Assembly (NCBI GenBank): GCA_018004645.1
Contig: JAGNBV010000003.1
Coordinates: 1-63,943, forward strand
DNA length: 63,943 bases
Source of the DNA: Bacteroidales bacterium
GTDB taxonomy: Bacteria; Bacteroidota; Bacteroidia; Bacteroidales; CAIWKO01
Reading direction: 5' to 3'
A program made the translations under genes and the position numbers. Below the pieces are notes generated by a model. It made no database searches. It was not told the origin of the DNA and saw only the letters and a list, made by a program, of their open reading frames with translations. How positions within the stretch are numbered: position 1 is the stretch's first letter; each line of letters begins with the position of its first letter. This document shows positions 1 to 9,297 of the stretch, piece by piece.

Positions 1-507
1 GCCGTCAGGCGTATAGCCGAAAAAATGATAGTTGCTGCCCGTACGGCCCCCAAAGCAAGGGGCGTAGATAACCTGATACTGGCTATCGCCGAAAAGGAGG
101 ATATTCAGGAAATAGCCGAAAAAATGATAGAGATTGGCCAGCGGATCAATGCAGCTTTTTTTCTGCGTGATGCGGAAAATATCCTACACGCTTCCTGCAT
201 ACTTCTGGCAGCAACGAGAATAAGTACCATGGGACTGCCTTATTGTGGTTTGTGCGGTTTTACCGATTGTGACGAAAAAAAGAAACATCCTCAGACACCC
301 TGCGTGTTCAATACCGGTGATTTGGGCATAGCCATCGGCTCGGCGGTGAGTGTGGCCGCCAACCATCGTGTGGACAACCGCGTCATGTACACCATAGGTA
401 TGGCTGTAAAAGAGCTTGGACTGCTAGGCGGCGAAGTAGCGGTTGTTTATGGCATCCCCCTCTCGGCTACCTCGAAAAACCCTTTCTTTGATAGAAAGCA
501 GGTCTAA
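1..507 (+). CDS. DUF2148-type ferredoxin-domain protein, C-terminal part (frame open to the window edge; track ORF 25..507)
   Basis: Frame 1 has no stop from nt 1. AARTAPKARGVDNL...PYCGLCGFTDC...NTGDLGIAIGSA resembles the DUF2148 core as I remember it. The true start is probably upstream of the window. Confidence 0.55.
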   Translation, partial: AVRRIAEKMIVAARTAPKARGVDNLILAIAEKEDIQEIAEKMIEIGQRINAAFFLRDAENILHASCILLAATRISTMGLPYCGLCGFTDCDEKKKHPQTPCVFNTGDLGIAIGSAVSVAANHRVDNRVMYTIGMAVKELGLLGGEVAVVYGIPLSATSKNPFFDRKQV

Positions 508-656
508 AAAATTCAACTATGTTCAAAGAATTTTTCAAAATCTTTGAATTTAGCGGGAAGTAGCAACTTGGAAATTTGTAATTTATTGCAGAAAAACCGT
601 GTCGGCGTGAACAGGAGTGCGGATTCGCTATACATTCAGTACGGGTTTTTTTCTGA

Positions 657-1397
657 ATGAATATTTGTGTACTTTTGAAGATATTTTATATATCCTGCCG
701 ATTGAAAACTTTATTGGTCCTCACAAGCCTCTTTCTATTGGGTAATATCGGCATAAGCCAGAATTGGGATACTATCTTTTTGAAAAACAGCAGCAAGATT
801 TCCTGCACATTACTCACAGTAAATGATAGCATAATTGAGTATCAGGAGGCGTCTGACAGTAAAGTGCAAAAATTTCAGATTCAACGAGTTCTGGTGGATA
901 GTATTTATTTTTATCCCATGCCGGTGGTTGATTCCTCCAAATACGGTATCCGATTCACCGCCACGGTTGCCTGCGACAGTCTGCGTACAAAAAATGCCTT
1001 GTTTGATGCTGCCTTGTTATGGGTGAACACCTACCTGCCCATAGCCGGCAAGGAGGCTGCTTTTCGGGTTAACAAAGACAGCGCAAGGATTTCCAGCGCG
1101 GCTGAGATAAATTATGATCTGAATTTCAGCAGAGGCACCATCCATTTTGTCTTTCAGATTTTCGTTGAAGAGGGCAGTTATCATTATGAATTTTCCGGTT
1201 TTTTTCAGGAAGGCAGGGATATATACAGCAGTTACGGATTGATTACCTACGCCAGCGAGTGTCCGGCCGGTATGGGCCCCTATCAGTGGGGTAGCGTACG
1301 CAAAAATCAGGCCTGGAATGAAATAAAAAATAAAATCAGGGACGTGGTGGTAGCTCTGACCGGAAGTTTGAACGATCACATGACAAAAAAACTATAG
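657..1397 (+). CDS. Secreted hypothetical protein with a DUF4468-like C-terminal domain
   Basis: ATG start and an N-terminal hydrophobic signal (LLVLTSLFLLGNIGISQ). The C-terminal pattern NALFDAALLWVNTY...GTIHFVFQIFVEEGSYHYEFSGF resembles the DUF4468 (TBP-like fold) family. Confidence 0.4.
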   Translation: MNICVLLKIFYISCRLKTLLVLTSLFLLGNIGISQNWDTIFLKNSSKISCTLLTVNDSIIEYQEASDSKVQKFQIQRVLVDSIYFYPMPVVDSSKYGIRFTATVACDSLRTKNALFDAALLWVNTYLPIAGKEAAFRVNKDSARISSAAEINYDLNFSRGTIHFVFQIFVEEGSYHYEFSGFFQEGRDIYSSYGLITYASECPAGMGPYQWGSVRKNQAWNEIKNKIRDVVVALTGSLNDHMTKKL

Positions 1398-1409
1398 GAG
1401 GCACATTGC

Positions 1410-2051
1410 ATGAAAAAAGTGATACTAAAAAATACTATACCTGCGAAAAAAATTCTGGTTCATTTTTTGTTTTTTGTGATAGCTTTTCTGATTTCGTCTT
1501 GCGGCTTTGGAAGTTCAGGAAATAGTGAGGAAAATGTTATTTCATCGGCCGGAAATGATACTATAAAAAAACAGCCACCTGCTATTGGCGATACCATTGC
1601 CGGCAAGGTAGTGGCCGTGATTGACGGCGATACTTATGATGTGCTGGTACCGGGCGATACTACCCTGAGAGTGCGCATGGAAGGTATTGATGCCCCCGAA
1701 AAAGGTATGGCATTCAACAAAGTGGCCAAAAAATATTTGTCGGACCTGTGCTTCGGCAAAAACGTCAAAGTGCTGGTTACCGGCATCGACGGCCATCGCA
1801 GGGTGCTGGGATTCACCATTGTGGATGATACATTGGAGTTAAGCCATGAAATGATTAAGGCAGGGTATGCCTGGCATTTTAAAAAATATAGCAAAGACGA
1901 AGGCCTGGCGGCACTGGAACAGGACGCCCGCAAAGCCGGTAAGGGACTGTGGGCTGACAAAAATCCAATCGCTCCATGGGAGTTCCGCAAATTGATGAGA
2001 CAAGGCAATACTGCCGAAGAAATTTACCGGGAGCATAACAAAAATCAATGA
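1410..2051 (+). CDS. Thermonuclease (staphylococcal nuclease/SNase) family lipoprotein
   Basis: Lipobox-like LISSCG. SNase-fold motifs GKVVAVIDGDTYDV, RVRMEGIDAPE and KGLWAD are present. Confidence 0.8.
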   Translation: MKKVILKNTIPAKKILVHFLFFVIAFLISSCGFGSSGNSEENVISSAGNDTIKKQPPAIGDTIAGKVVAVIDGDTYDVLVPGDTTLRVRMEGIDAPEKGMAFNKVAKKYLSDLCFGKNVKVLVTGIDGHRRVLGFTIVDDTLELSHEMIKAGYAWHFKKYSKDEGLAALEQDARKAGKGLWADKNPIAPWEFRKLMRQGNTAEEIYREHNKNQ

Positions 2052-2087
2052 AATTGCCCGGCGTTTCTCTTGTTTGTGCCTACTGAC

Positions 2088-4172
2088 TTATTTTATAATT
2101 ATTTTTTGAATATGTGACTTATTCCCGGAAAAAATCCTGCACATATAAACGCCTCCGGGTTGCTCCGACAGGTCCATTGCTGTTTTATTGCCGGTAAATT
2201 GTTCCTGAAACACTTTTTTACCAAGAATGTCAAAAATTTCAATATTGTGATCTGTGGTTTCGGAGGTGTTCATTTCAATATAGAATTTTCCATCAGAAGG
2301 ATTGGGATAAATTACAGGATTGAATTTGTTGTCCTGTTCGTTTACAAAATAAGCTCCTTCGTTGAATAAAATGCCCCAACTGTTTAGCACACCCGTATTG
2401 CCGTTGGCCAGGTCGGTGATTTTGAGCCGCCAGTTACCCTGGCTGTTTTTGCCATGAAAAATTGTAAAGTCGTCATCAGTGCCTGCTACAGGGGCGTTAT
2501 CGACAAATGTGGTGTTCAAAATTTGATCAGGAATTTCCTTAAACAAGCAAGTGATGCCTTTGGTAGGCAGGGCAACCTGATTAACCAGGACAACGGAATC
2601 GTTATCGGGCGAAATCAGCTCGATTTTAAGGTCACTGAAAGATTCATGATTGAGCGATATAAATACCTTCATGACACTCTGATTGATTGGCACTGACTGG
2701 TTGACAAGCAGGGTGTCGTAGGTGTAACCAGCCGTTCCCGTAGATGGAATGGGCGCAAAGGGATGTGTCATCATCAAACTGTCGAGCAGCGATTCGTGTG
2801 AATTGCCCGTGTGAAACATAGGTGAATATGTGTCGGTGGAATAAGTAAAACGACAGCTAAAATTCTTTAGTAAACAACCATCTCTGGTGCCTGAATATAA
2901 AGCGCCATCAAAGTTATAGGCAACCGTAATTTGAGGGGCCACCGGTTTATTATTATACAAAACGGGTGTGTGCAGATAACGCTGTATCTCAACTTGCGTC
3001 TTTGAATAGTTTGAGATGCGTACTTCATCGATAAAACCGTTAAAGTAATCCGTACCGCTGCTGCTTGTGCCAATTCTGAGTTTTCCTGTATTCAGCGTTA
3101 ACTGGTTGTAGTTATAGCCGGCATCCATAATTCCGTTTATATAGATGTAGGCAGTTTGCGATCCGCTGGATGGCGTGCCGCATATCACAGCGATATGATA
3201 CCATCTGCCGGGTGTCAGCGCCAGGACGCTGGTACCGATATTGCCTCCCATAATCCAGGCGATTTTTCCTGCGGCATTCATTGTTAATTTATAACCGCCG
3301 CCGCCCTGGGTCAAATCAACAATGGTCTGCGCGGCGCCTGTGGTCAATGGGTAAATCCATGCTTCCACGGTCATTGGCCCTGTTAAAGAGATGTCGGGAT
3401 CGTTGGCCGAAGAAGCCTCCAGATAAGAACTTCCTGTGAAATACATGCTGTTGTTATGCAAGACGGTTTTGGAGGGTCGGGTGCCGAGAATATCGCTTTG
3501 AAAAGTTCCGACAGAGCCTCCATGCGGTAAATAAAATCCGGGGCTGTACACGTCAAAATCATAGGTCTGACAATAAACCAGGTTGTTATCATAATAGGTT
3601 AATCCATACCAGCCCAGATGTATTTTGTAGTATTGTTGAATTTCGCTGGCCGAACGAACCGTTTTCCATATTCTGACTTCGTCCAGCTCACCTTGCAGGG
3701 TATCTACATAGACGTTAGCACCAACAAACAGCGTGTCGGAAGTAGCAGTGAAAGCGCCGGTAAAAGTCGATAAAGTATTATCCAGACTTCCGTTTAAATA
3801 CACCTTGATTTGGTTGTTGGTATTGCTAAACGTAACAGCAACATGTGTCCACCTGCCTGTATCCAACTCGGCGTTTGAATAGAGGAGGGTAGATCCATCC
3901 ACCTGGATGCGGATTTTTTTCGCCCCCGTCATTATTCTGAATTGGTCCTTTCCAATGATTGCATAATTCGAGGCGTAATTTGCCAGTTTAATCCAAAACT
4001 CCACTGTCATCTCTCCCGAAGTGCTGTTGAGCGCAGTGACCATTTCTTTGTGATAACAACTGCCGTTGAAAACAGCCGCAGTGTTCCAGCTATTTTGGGC
4101 CGTGGTCCGGTGATTGCCAAACAAAACACAAAAACCTGTCAGCAATAAAAATGGTATAAGTAATTTTTTCAT
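2088..4172 (-). CDS. Secreted LamG/concanavalin-like lectin-domain protein with a proprotein-convertase P-like domain and a T9SS type A C-terminal sorting domain
   Basis: Signal peptide. Two LamG-like segments (MTVEFWIKL...DEVRIW and MTVEAWIYP...IDEVRISN). P-domain-like SDLKIELISPD...GNWRLKITD. C-terminal VIYPNPSDGKFYIE...GVYMCRI...KIIIK is typical of the T9SS type A CTD. Confidence 0.7.
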   Translation of the reverse strand: MKKLLIPFLLLTGFCVLFGNHRTTAQNSWNTAAVFNGSCYHKEMVTALNSTSGEMTVEFWIKLANYASNYAIIGKDQFRIMTGAKKIRIQVDGSTLLYSNAELDTGRWTHVAVTFSNTNNQIKVYLNGSLDNTLSTFTGAFTATSDTLFVGANVYVDTLQGELDEVRIWKTVRSASEIQQYYKIHLGWYGLTYYDNNLVYCQTYDFDVYSPGFYLPHGGSVGTFQSDILGTRPSKTVLHNNSMYFTGSSYLEASSANDPDISLTGPMTVEAWIYPLTTGAAQTIVDLTQGGGGYKLTMNAAGKIAWIMGGNIGTSVLALTPGRWYHIAVICGTPSSGSQTAYIYINGIMDAGYNYNQLTLNTGKLRIGTSSSGTDYFNGFIDEVRISNYSKTQVEIQRYLHTPVLYNNKPVAPQITVAYNFDGALYSGTRDGCLLKNFSCRFTYSTDTYSPMFHTGNSHESLLDSLMMTHPFAPIPSTGTAGYTYDTLLVNQSVPINQSVMKVFISLNHESFSDLKIELISPDNDSVVLVNQVALPTKGITCLFKEIPDQILNTTFVDNAPVAGTDDDFTIFHGKNSQGNWRLKITDLANGNTGVLNSWGILFNEGAYFVNEQDNKFNPVIYPNPSDGKFYIEMNTSETTDHNIEIFDILGKKVFQEQFTGNKTAMDLSEQPGGVYMCRIFSGNKSHIQKIIIK

Positions 4173-4435
4173 TATATATATTTTTATGGGGTTGTATTGT
4201 TATTGCGAAGATACGAAATTGAGGGAGAAAAATCAAGAAATTGTTAATAATTAAAGTTATGTATGCTTGCGAGCGCTCTCAGCAGGACGGAAAAAATCAT
4301 GCCTTTGCTGATTTTCACCGCCCGCGGTTTTGACTGGCAGCACGTTGCTATTTCCGAACAATAGCACTAAAAGCACCTGCAATGATCAAGAAAAACCACA
4401 TTCTGAAAAAGCGTGAATAATGCGAGACTTACTCA

Positions 4436-5092
4436 TTAATTGTTGTTGTCAGCGTTATCGTTTTCAGCATGGATATCCAGCAAAACTTTCCCCGACTCTT
4501 TTAGTAGTCCTGCTGACCATTTGATAATTACAAAGGAACCGATGAAAGCGCCTGCGGCGTCCAGCCAGTAAATTTGCCATAGCATGGCTCCGAATAACGC
4601 AATTATGGCTATTATGCTGGTGAGGGCATCAGCCAGCACGTGAAAGTAGGCGGCTTTGATGTTGTGATCGGAATGCGTATGGTCGTGGTGCAGAATAAGG
4701 GCACTGATCAAATTGATGAATAAGCCTGCTATTGCCACAATAATGGCCTCTTTAAACTGGATTTCTACGGGGTTAAAAAAACGCTTCAGTGCCTCCACCA
4801 GGATAAATATCGCAAAGATCAGCAGCATTAATCCGCTGCTATAACCTGAAAGTGAAAGTATTTTTTTTGAATTACCCGTAAAAGTGTCTTTCTTTTCAAG
4901 CCGCCTGACTGCAATATAAGCTCCAAGGCTTAAGCCAATGGCCAGCACATGCGACCCCATGTGAATACCATCAGCCAGCAACGCCATTGATTTTGTGATA
5001 AGGCCAAAGGTTATCTCGAAAATCATTGTAACCGCTGTCAGCAAAACTACCCACATGGTTTTTCTTTCTTTAGACTGAAGATCGTTACCCAT
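4436..5092 (-). CDS. Cation diffusion facilitator (CDF) family divalent-metal efflux transporter
   Basis: Multi-TM protein with ALLADGIHMGSH and HVLADALTS motifs typical of CDF/CzcD-like transporters. I prefer the ATG at 5092 (MGNDLQSKE...) over the track start at 5179, whose extra 29 aa are not CDF-like. Confidence 0.8.
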   Translation of the reverse strand: MGNDLQSKERKTMWVVLLTAVTMIFEITFGLITKSMALLADGIHMGSHVLAIGLSLGAYIAVRRLEKKDTFTGNSKKILSLSGYSSGLMLLIFAIFILVEALKRFFNPVEIQFKEAIIVAIAGLFINLISALILHHDHTHSDHNIKAAYFHVLADALTSIIAIIALFGAMLWQIYWLDAAGAFIGSFVIIKWSAGLLKESGKVLLDIHAENDNADNNN

Positions 5093-5351
5093 ATGTTTTA
5101 TAATTTGAAATACAATTAGTTCTCTGCTATTTGTCCTCTGAATTGCATTTGCTGATTTCAGGCGGCTAAGGTATTGCAATTTTTGATTGTATAAAGCCTT
5201 GGTTTTTTTTTAAATACAATCGTTAACAAAAAAGAGCCTGCTAACTCATTGCCCTGCCGCATCATCATTTATGGTGATTTTGTCGAAGCGCAGAATTTTG
5301 GAATGCATCTATGTGCGCTTTGCTAACGTGCAAATTAAAATGCGGTTTTTT

Positions 5352-5383
5352 TTTGCTTGGATTATTATTTTGACATATTTTTG
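5352..5383 (+). promoter_or_regulatory. Candidate Bacteroidota sigma-A promoter (TTTG -33 element, 20-nt spacer, TATTTTTG -7 box)
   Basis: TTTG at 5352-5355 and TAnnTTTG at 5376-5383, 38 nt upstream of the ATG at 5421. Confidence 0.35.
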
Positions 5384-5420
5384 CTATAAAATATTATTAA
5401 GTATTTTCAATTAATGAAAA

Positions 5421-7478
5421 ATGAAAAAATTGTTTGTTACTATTTGTTTTGTTTGGTTTTGCACTATCATTATTTTTGGGCAAAACACATGGTCGCGGCT
5501 AAATCCGGCAGTGCCTCAAAATGATCCTTTACAGTCCGTGTTTTTTGTAGATAGCAATACGGGCTACTCTGTGGGGTTAGGGGGTATTATATTAAAAACA
5601 GTTAATGGCGGCGGAGTATGGAAAGTTCTAACGAGTGGGATATCGGATGATTTAAATTCGGTTTATTTTACTGCCGCTGATACCGGCTATGCTGTCGGTC
5701 AATCGGGAAGGATTTTAAAAACTTCCGATGGGGGTGATAGCTGGATCGCCCAGATAAGCGGAATATCTAATAATTTATTTTCGGCTTATTTCATAGATGA
5801 TACAACAGGATATATCTCCGGCAGTGGCGGAAAGATCCTGAAAACAACAAATGGAGGTACAACTTGGACAATTATGACCAGCGGAACAACGAATGACCTG
5901 AGGTCAATTTATTTTCCGGCAACTGATACGGGCTATGCTGTCGGTACTTACGGCATAATCCTGAAAACAAATAATGGTGGCTTGAACTGGGCCGCTCAAA
6001 CGAGTGGCATTACTGTGAATCTTAATTCGGTGTGCTTCGCGGATGCGGATACCGGCTATGCTGTTGGCTATAGCCGTATGTTTTTAAAAACAAGCGATGG
6101 CGGGATAACCTGGACATATCAGCAATTATCTGAAGATTTATTATCAGTATTTTTTATCAATGCGGATACAGGTTATGTGGCAGGAGAAGCAGGGACAATA
6201 CTGAAAACGACCAACGCGGGTGACACCTGGACGTTGAAAACAACTAATACCTCTTATGATTTATATGCTGTATATTTCACCGGCATAAGCACCGGTTATG
6301 CCGTTGGTAACAATGGAATTATAAAAAAAACAACGGATGGCGGCAATAGCTGGAATTCACAGACGGTAGAACGAGATATTTTTTTACGGTCAGTTTGTTT
6401 CCCGGTATCTGACACCGGTTATACGGTGGGTAATTATGGGGTGATCCTTAAAACAACCGATGGAGGAGCAACATGGTCAACTCAAACAAGCGGAACAACG
6501 ACGGATTTAAATTCAGTGTATTTCATCGACGCTGATACTGGTTATGCAGTAGGTAATTTAGTGGGTTTTGATGGCATGGCGATCATCCTGAAAACGATAG
6601 ATGGAGGGATGAACTGGTCAATCCAACCATGCCTGTCGGCAGCAAATTTATATTCTGTCTATTTTGTTAATTCGAGCATTGGATACGTTGTCGGCCATAC
6701 AGGACGTATACTGAAAACTGAAGATGGCGGTGCTACCTGGACACTTCAGACAAGCGGGACGCAATTTGTTTTATATTCGGTATATTTTGTGGATTCTGAT
6801 ACAGGCTTTGCAGTTGGTGATTATGGTGTGAGCCTGAAAACAACTAATGGCGGTGAATTATGGACTGGTCAGACTATCACAGCAGTCAGCTCTTTTTCCG
6901 GAGTATATTTTACGGATGCCCATACAGGTTATGCTGTTGGGACAGACGGAGCCATAATGAAAACAACAGATGGCGGTTTTAACTGGGCGTTTCAGACAAC
7001 GAATACAACATCGAATTTACATGCTGTCTGTTTCCCTGATGAAAATACCGGCTATGCTGTAGGTGCTCAGGGTATAATTCTTAAAACAACAGATGGCGGC
7101 ATAAATTGGATTTCTCAACTTCATAATAGTGAATATATTAATAATCTATGGTCGGCCAGCTTTCCTAATGCATTTATTGGCTATGCTGTTGGTGATTATG
7201 AAGCGATTATTAAATCAACCGACATTTCATATGGTATATCCTCTATTATTACTAACGATCGTATTCATATTTATCCGAATCCGGCAAACCATTTTTTGTT
7301 TATAGAAAATGATACTCACCATACCACTGTTTCTATATATGATTTAAGCGGGAGGCGGCTACTCAACAGGCAAATTACCGGTAATCAAATTGACGTTGGC
7401 AATTTACCACAAGGTACGTACCTTCTTAAAATTACCACTCCAAAAGGATCTGCAACCGCTAAATTTGTTAAAGAATAG
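5421..7478 (+). CDS. Ycf48/BNR-like multi-bladed beta-propeller protein with a T9SS type A C-terminal sorting domain
   Basis: About 14 tandem ~40-aa blades of the form DTGYAVG..G.ILKT.DGG..W. Signal peptide present. C-terminal IHIYPNPANHFLFIE...GTYLLKITT...KFVKE. Confidence 0.7.
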   Translation: MKKLFVTICFVWFCTIIIFGQNTWSRLNPAVPQNDPLQSVFFVDSNTGYSVGLGGIILKTVNGGGVWKVLTSGISDDLNSVYFTAADTGYAVGQSGRILKTSDGGDSWIAQISGISNNLFSAYFIDDTTGYISGSGGKILKTTNGGTTWTIMTSGTTNDLRSIYFPATDTGYAVGTYGIILKTNNGGLNWAAQTSGITVNLNSVCFADADTGYAVGYSRMFLKTSDGGITWTYQQLSEDLLSVFFINADTGYVAGEAGTILKTTNAGDTWTLKTTNTSYDLYAVYFTGISTGYAVGNNGIIKKTTDGGNSWNSQTVERDIFLRSVCFPVSDTGYTVGNYGVILKTTDGGATWSTQTSGTTTDLNSVYFIDADTGYAVGNLVGFDGMAIILKTIDGGMNWSIQPCLSAANLYSVYFVNSSIGYVVGHTGRILKTEDGGATWTLQTSGTQFVLYSVYFVDSDTGFAVGDYGVSLKTTNGGELWTGQTITAVSSFSGVYFTDAHTGYAVGTDGAIMKTTDGGFNWAFQTTNTTSNLHAVCFPDENTGYAVGAQGIILKTTDGGINWISQLHNSEYINNLWSASFPNAFIGYAVGDYEAIIKSTDISYGISSIITNDRIHIYPNPANHFLFIENDTHHTTVSIYDLSGRRLLNRQITGNQIDVGNLPQGTYLLKITTPKGSATAKFVKE

Positions 7479-7691
7479 CGTATTATCGCGCACGGAATTG
7501 ATGCTTGAATGTGAGAAGTTTCCGAATCCCCGCTGTCACGGAATTTCATTCCTTGTCCAATCATAATATCACTTAAACACAAACCGCATTTCCTTTGCGT
7601 TTTAATATTTTTTTCTGATACAAAACTTTAAGCTAAGGCAAATAGAGATTATACCTATCATGCAAACTCAACAAGGGATTGAGCTAAAACA

Positions 7692-8126
7692 TCAATTTTT
7701 GCCGGAAGGAGATAAGGCCGGCGTTTCCTTTTTCATATTTACAAGCCATTTGCCTTTTACCTTTACCAAATCAAGCTGCTGCTCCTTGCCATTTTCATCC
7801 TTGTATGTAACGACGGCATTTTTCCCATCAATGGCTGTTTTTACCACATTAATATTCACGTCTTTTTTATCTTTTGAGGGGTCTTTGCCTTTCTCTTTAC
7901 TTAGTTCGAGCATCATCGAAAACATATCGAGCATCTTTCCGGTGCTTTCCGTGCCAAGTTTGCGGGCTTCGTCGAATTCAAAAGCCCTGAGGTGTTTCAG
8001 AAATTTCACTGCCACAGCGGCCGGTTTATTTTCTTTTCCGGAAGTTGTTTTGCACGATAGCGGAAACACTACCAAAATCACGGTAGCAGTGAGTATAAGA
8101 TAAAATTGTGATGAGAGAAATTTCAT
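7692..8126 (-). CDS. DUF4878-like lipoprotein
   Basis: ATG at 8126 gives MKFLSS...VVFPLSC (lipobox). AVAVKFLKHLRAFEFDEARKLGTE and a C-terminal ...LDLVKVKGKWLV fit the DUF4878 pattern. The track start at 8225 would overlap the ribE start and adds non-signal sequence. Confidence 0.5.
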   Translation of the reverse strand: MKFLSSQFYLILTATVILVVFPLSCKTTSGKENKPAAVAVKFLKHLRAFEFDEARKLGTESTGKMLDMFSMMLELSKEKGKDPSKDKKDVNINVVKTAIDGKNAVVTYKDENGKEQQLDLVKVKGKWLVNMKKETPALSPSGKN

Positions 8127-8191
8127 TTTCGAAATATTTGTTTCAAAAATAGGCAAATTATCCCATCCTGATATGAAATCTTCTTTTTTGC

Positions 8192-8199
8192 TACCTTTG
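8192..8199 (+). promoter_or_regulatory. Candidate -7 box (TACCTTTG) for ribE
   Basis: TAnnTTTG match 26 nt upstream of the ATG at 8225. No clear -33 TTTG at canonical spacing. Confidence 0.3.
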
Positions 8200-8224
8200 C
8201 AGGAAACAATAAAAACCAAAAACA

Positions 8225-8836
8225 ATGTTTACAGGAATAGTCGAAACCACCGGCAAAGTCGTCAGCATCGAACGCGACCGCACCAATATTCATATTACCA
8301 TTGAAACCCCTATTGCCAAAGAGCTTAAGATAGACCAAAGCATGTGCCACGACGGGGTGTGCCTGACCGTGGTAAGCGTGGACTACGACAAATCACAGTA
8401 TGTGGTTACCGCCATACAGGAAACGCTGGATAAGACCAACCTTGGCCACTGGCAGACGGGTTACGAAGTAAACCTTGAGCGCAGCATGAGAATGGAAGCT
8501 CGTTTCGACGGACATATCGTGCAGGGGCATGTTGACCAGACGGCAGTATGCAACCGTGTTGAAGAAATGGATGGGAGCTGGAAATTCTGGTTCGACTACG
8601 ATGCGTCAAAGAAAAATATAACAGTGGAAAAAGGGTCCATTTCTGTGAACGGCGTGAGTCTCACCGTGGTTGATTCGCAGCCCGGGCAGTTCTCGGTAGC
8701 TATCATCCCTTTTACTTACCAGGTAACAAATTTTCATAATTTCAAAAAAGGAACTGTTATCAATATTGAGTTTGATGTGTTTGGAAAATACGTGGCCAAA
8801 CTTTTGCAACAATATCTTGATCAGAAAGGCCTGTAA
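8225..8836 (+). CDS. ribE: Riboflavin synthase (alpha chain)
   Basis: MFTGIVE.TGKV start, an internal duplicated lumazine-binding repeat (SMCHDGVCLTV / SISVNGVSLTV), about 200 aa. Confidence 0.9.
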   Translation: MFTGIVETTGKVVSIERDRTNIHITIETPIAKELKIDQSMCHDGVCLTVVSVDYDKSQYVVTAIQETLDKTNLGHWQTGYEVNLERSMRMEARFDGHIVQGHVDQTAVCNRVEEMDGSWKFWFDYDASKKNITVEKGSISVNGVSLTVVDSQPGQFSVAIIPFTYQVTNFHNFKKGTVINIEFDVFGKYVAKLLQQYLDQKGL

Positions 8837-8911
8837 TCTAGCCTTGCCTGTTTGTAAATGACGATTGAAATTAATGAAACTGTGTGGACACTGCGGGCAG
8901 CAGGTCGGATA

Positions 8912-9295
8912 GATTTTTGAAGTGAAGGGCCACTTTGTAAATCATCATCCGTTGATCGATGTTCGATATTAAAAGGAATTCAGTGATGTATGAATTTCGA
9001 TTGACGAGTTTCGATTTTTGAAGTACTGGAATCATCAATCGTTAATCGGTGTTCGATCTTAAAAGGGATTAAGTGATATATGAATTTCGATTAGCATTGC
9101 CTACGGCAAGCAGGGATTTTAGATTTTTGAAGTGATATGCCACTCTTAAATCATCATTCGTTAATCAATGTTCGATATTAAAAGGAATTTAATGATGTAC
9201 GAATATCGATTGAAGAATATCGATTTTTGAAGAAGAAACTTCTTAAATCATTCTTCGTTGATCGGTGTTCGATATTTGAATTGATGAACATGCTC
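8912..9295. repeat. Intergenic tandem repeat, four units of ~100-109 bp
   Basis: Units anchored on GATTTTTGAAG begin at 8912, 9013, 9122 and 9222. The shared core is AAATCATCATYCGTTRATCRRTGTTCGATMTTAAAAGGRATT...GATGTAYGAATWTCGATT. The array lies in the convergent gap between the ribE stop and the helicase stop. Confidence 0.85.
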
Positions 9296-9297
9296 TT

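Noticed and set aside
5093-5420. N-terminal extension of the CDF transporter (track start 5179) and a metal (NiCo/czcD-type) riboswitch in its leader
   Set aside because: The extension (MQYLSRLKSANAIQRTNSRELIVFQIIKH) is not CDF-like, and an ATG at 5092 precedes the first TM helix. I recognised no riboswitch core, and the family is mainly known from Firmicutes.
8100-8224. FMN riboswitch upstream of ribE
   Set aside because: Only about 100 nt separate the divergent lipoprotein gene from ribE, which is too short for an FMN element, and I saw none of its conserved stems.
8912-9295. Possible CRISPR array (conserved core alternating with variable segments)
   Set aside because: The conserved part is ~70-80 nt and the variable part only ~20-30 nt. 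The period of 100-109 nt is irregular and there are only four units. No palindromic 24-48-nt repeat of constant length is present, and there are no cas genes in the window. It is better described as a tandem intergenic repeat.
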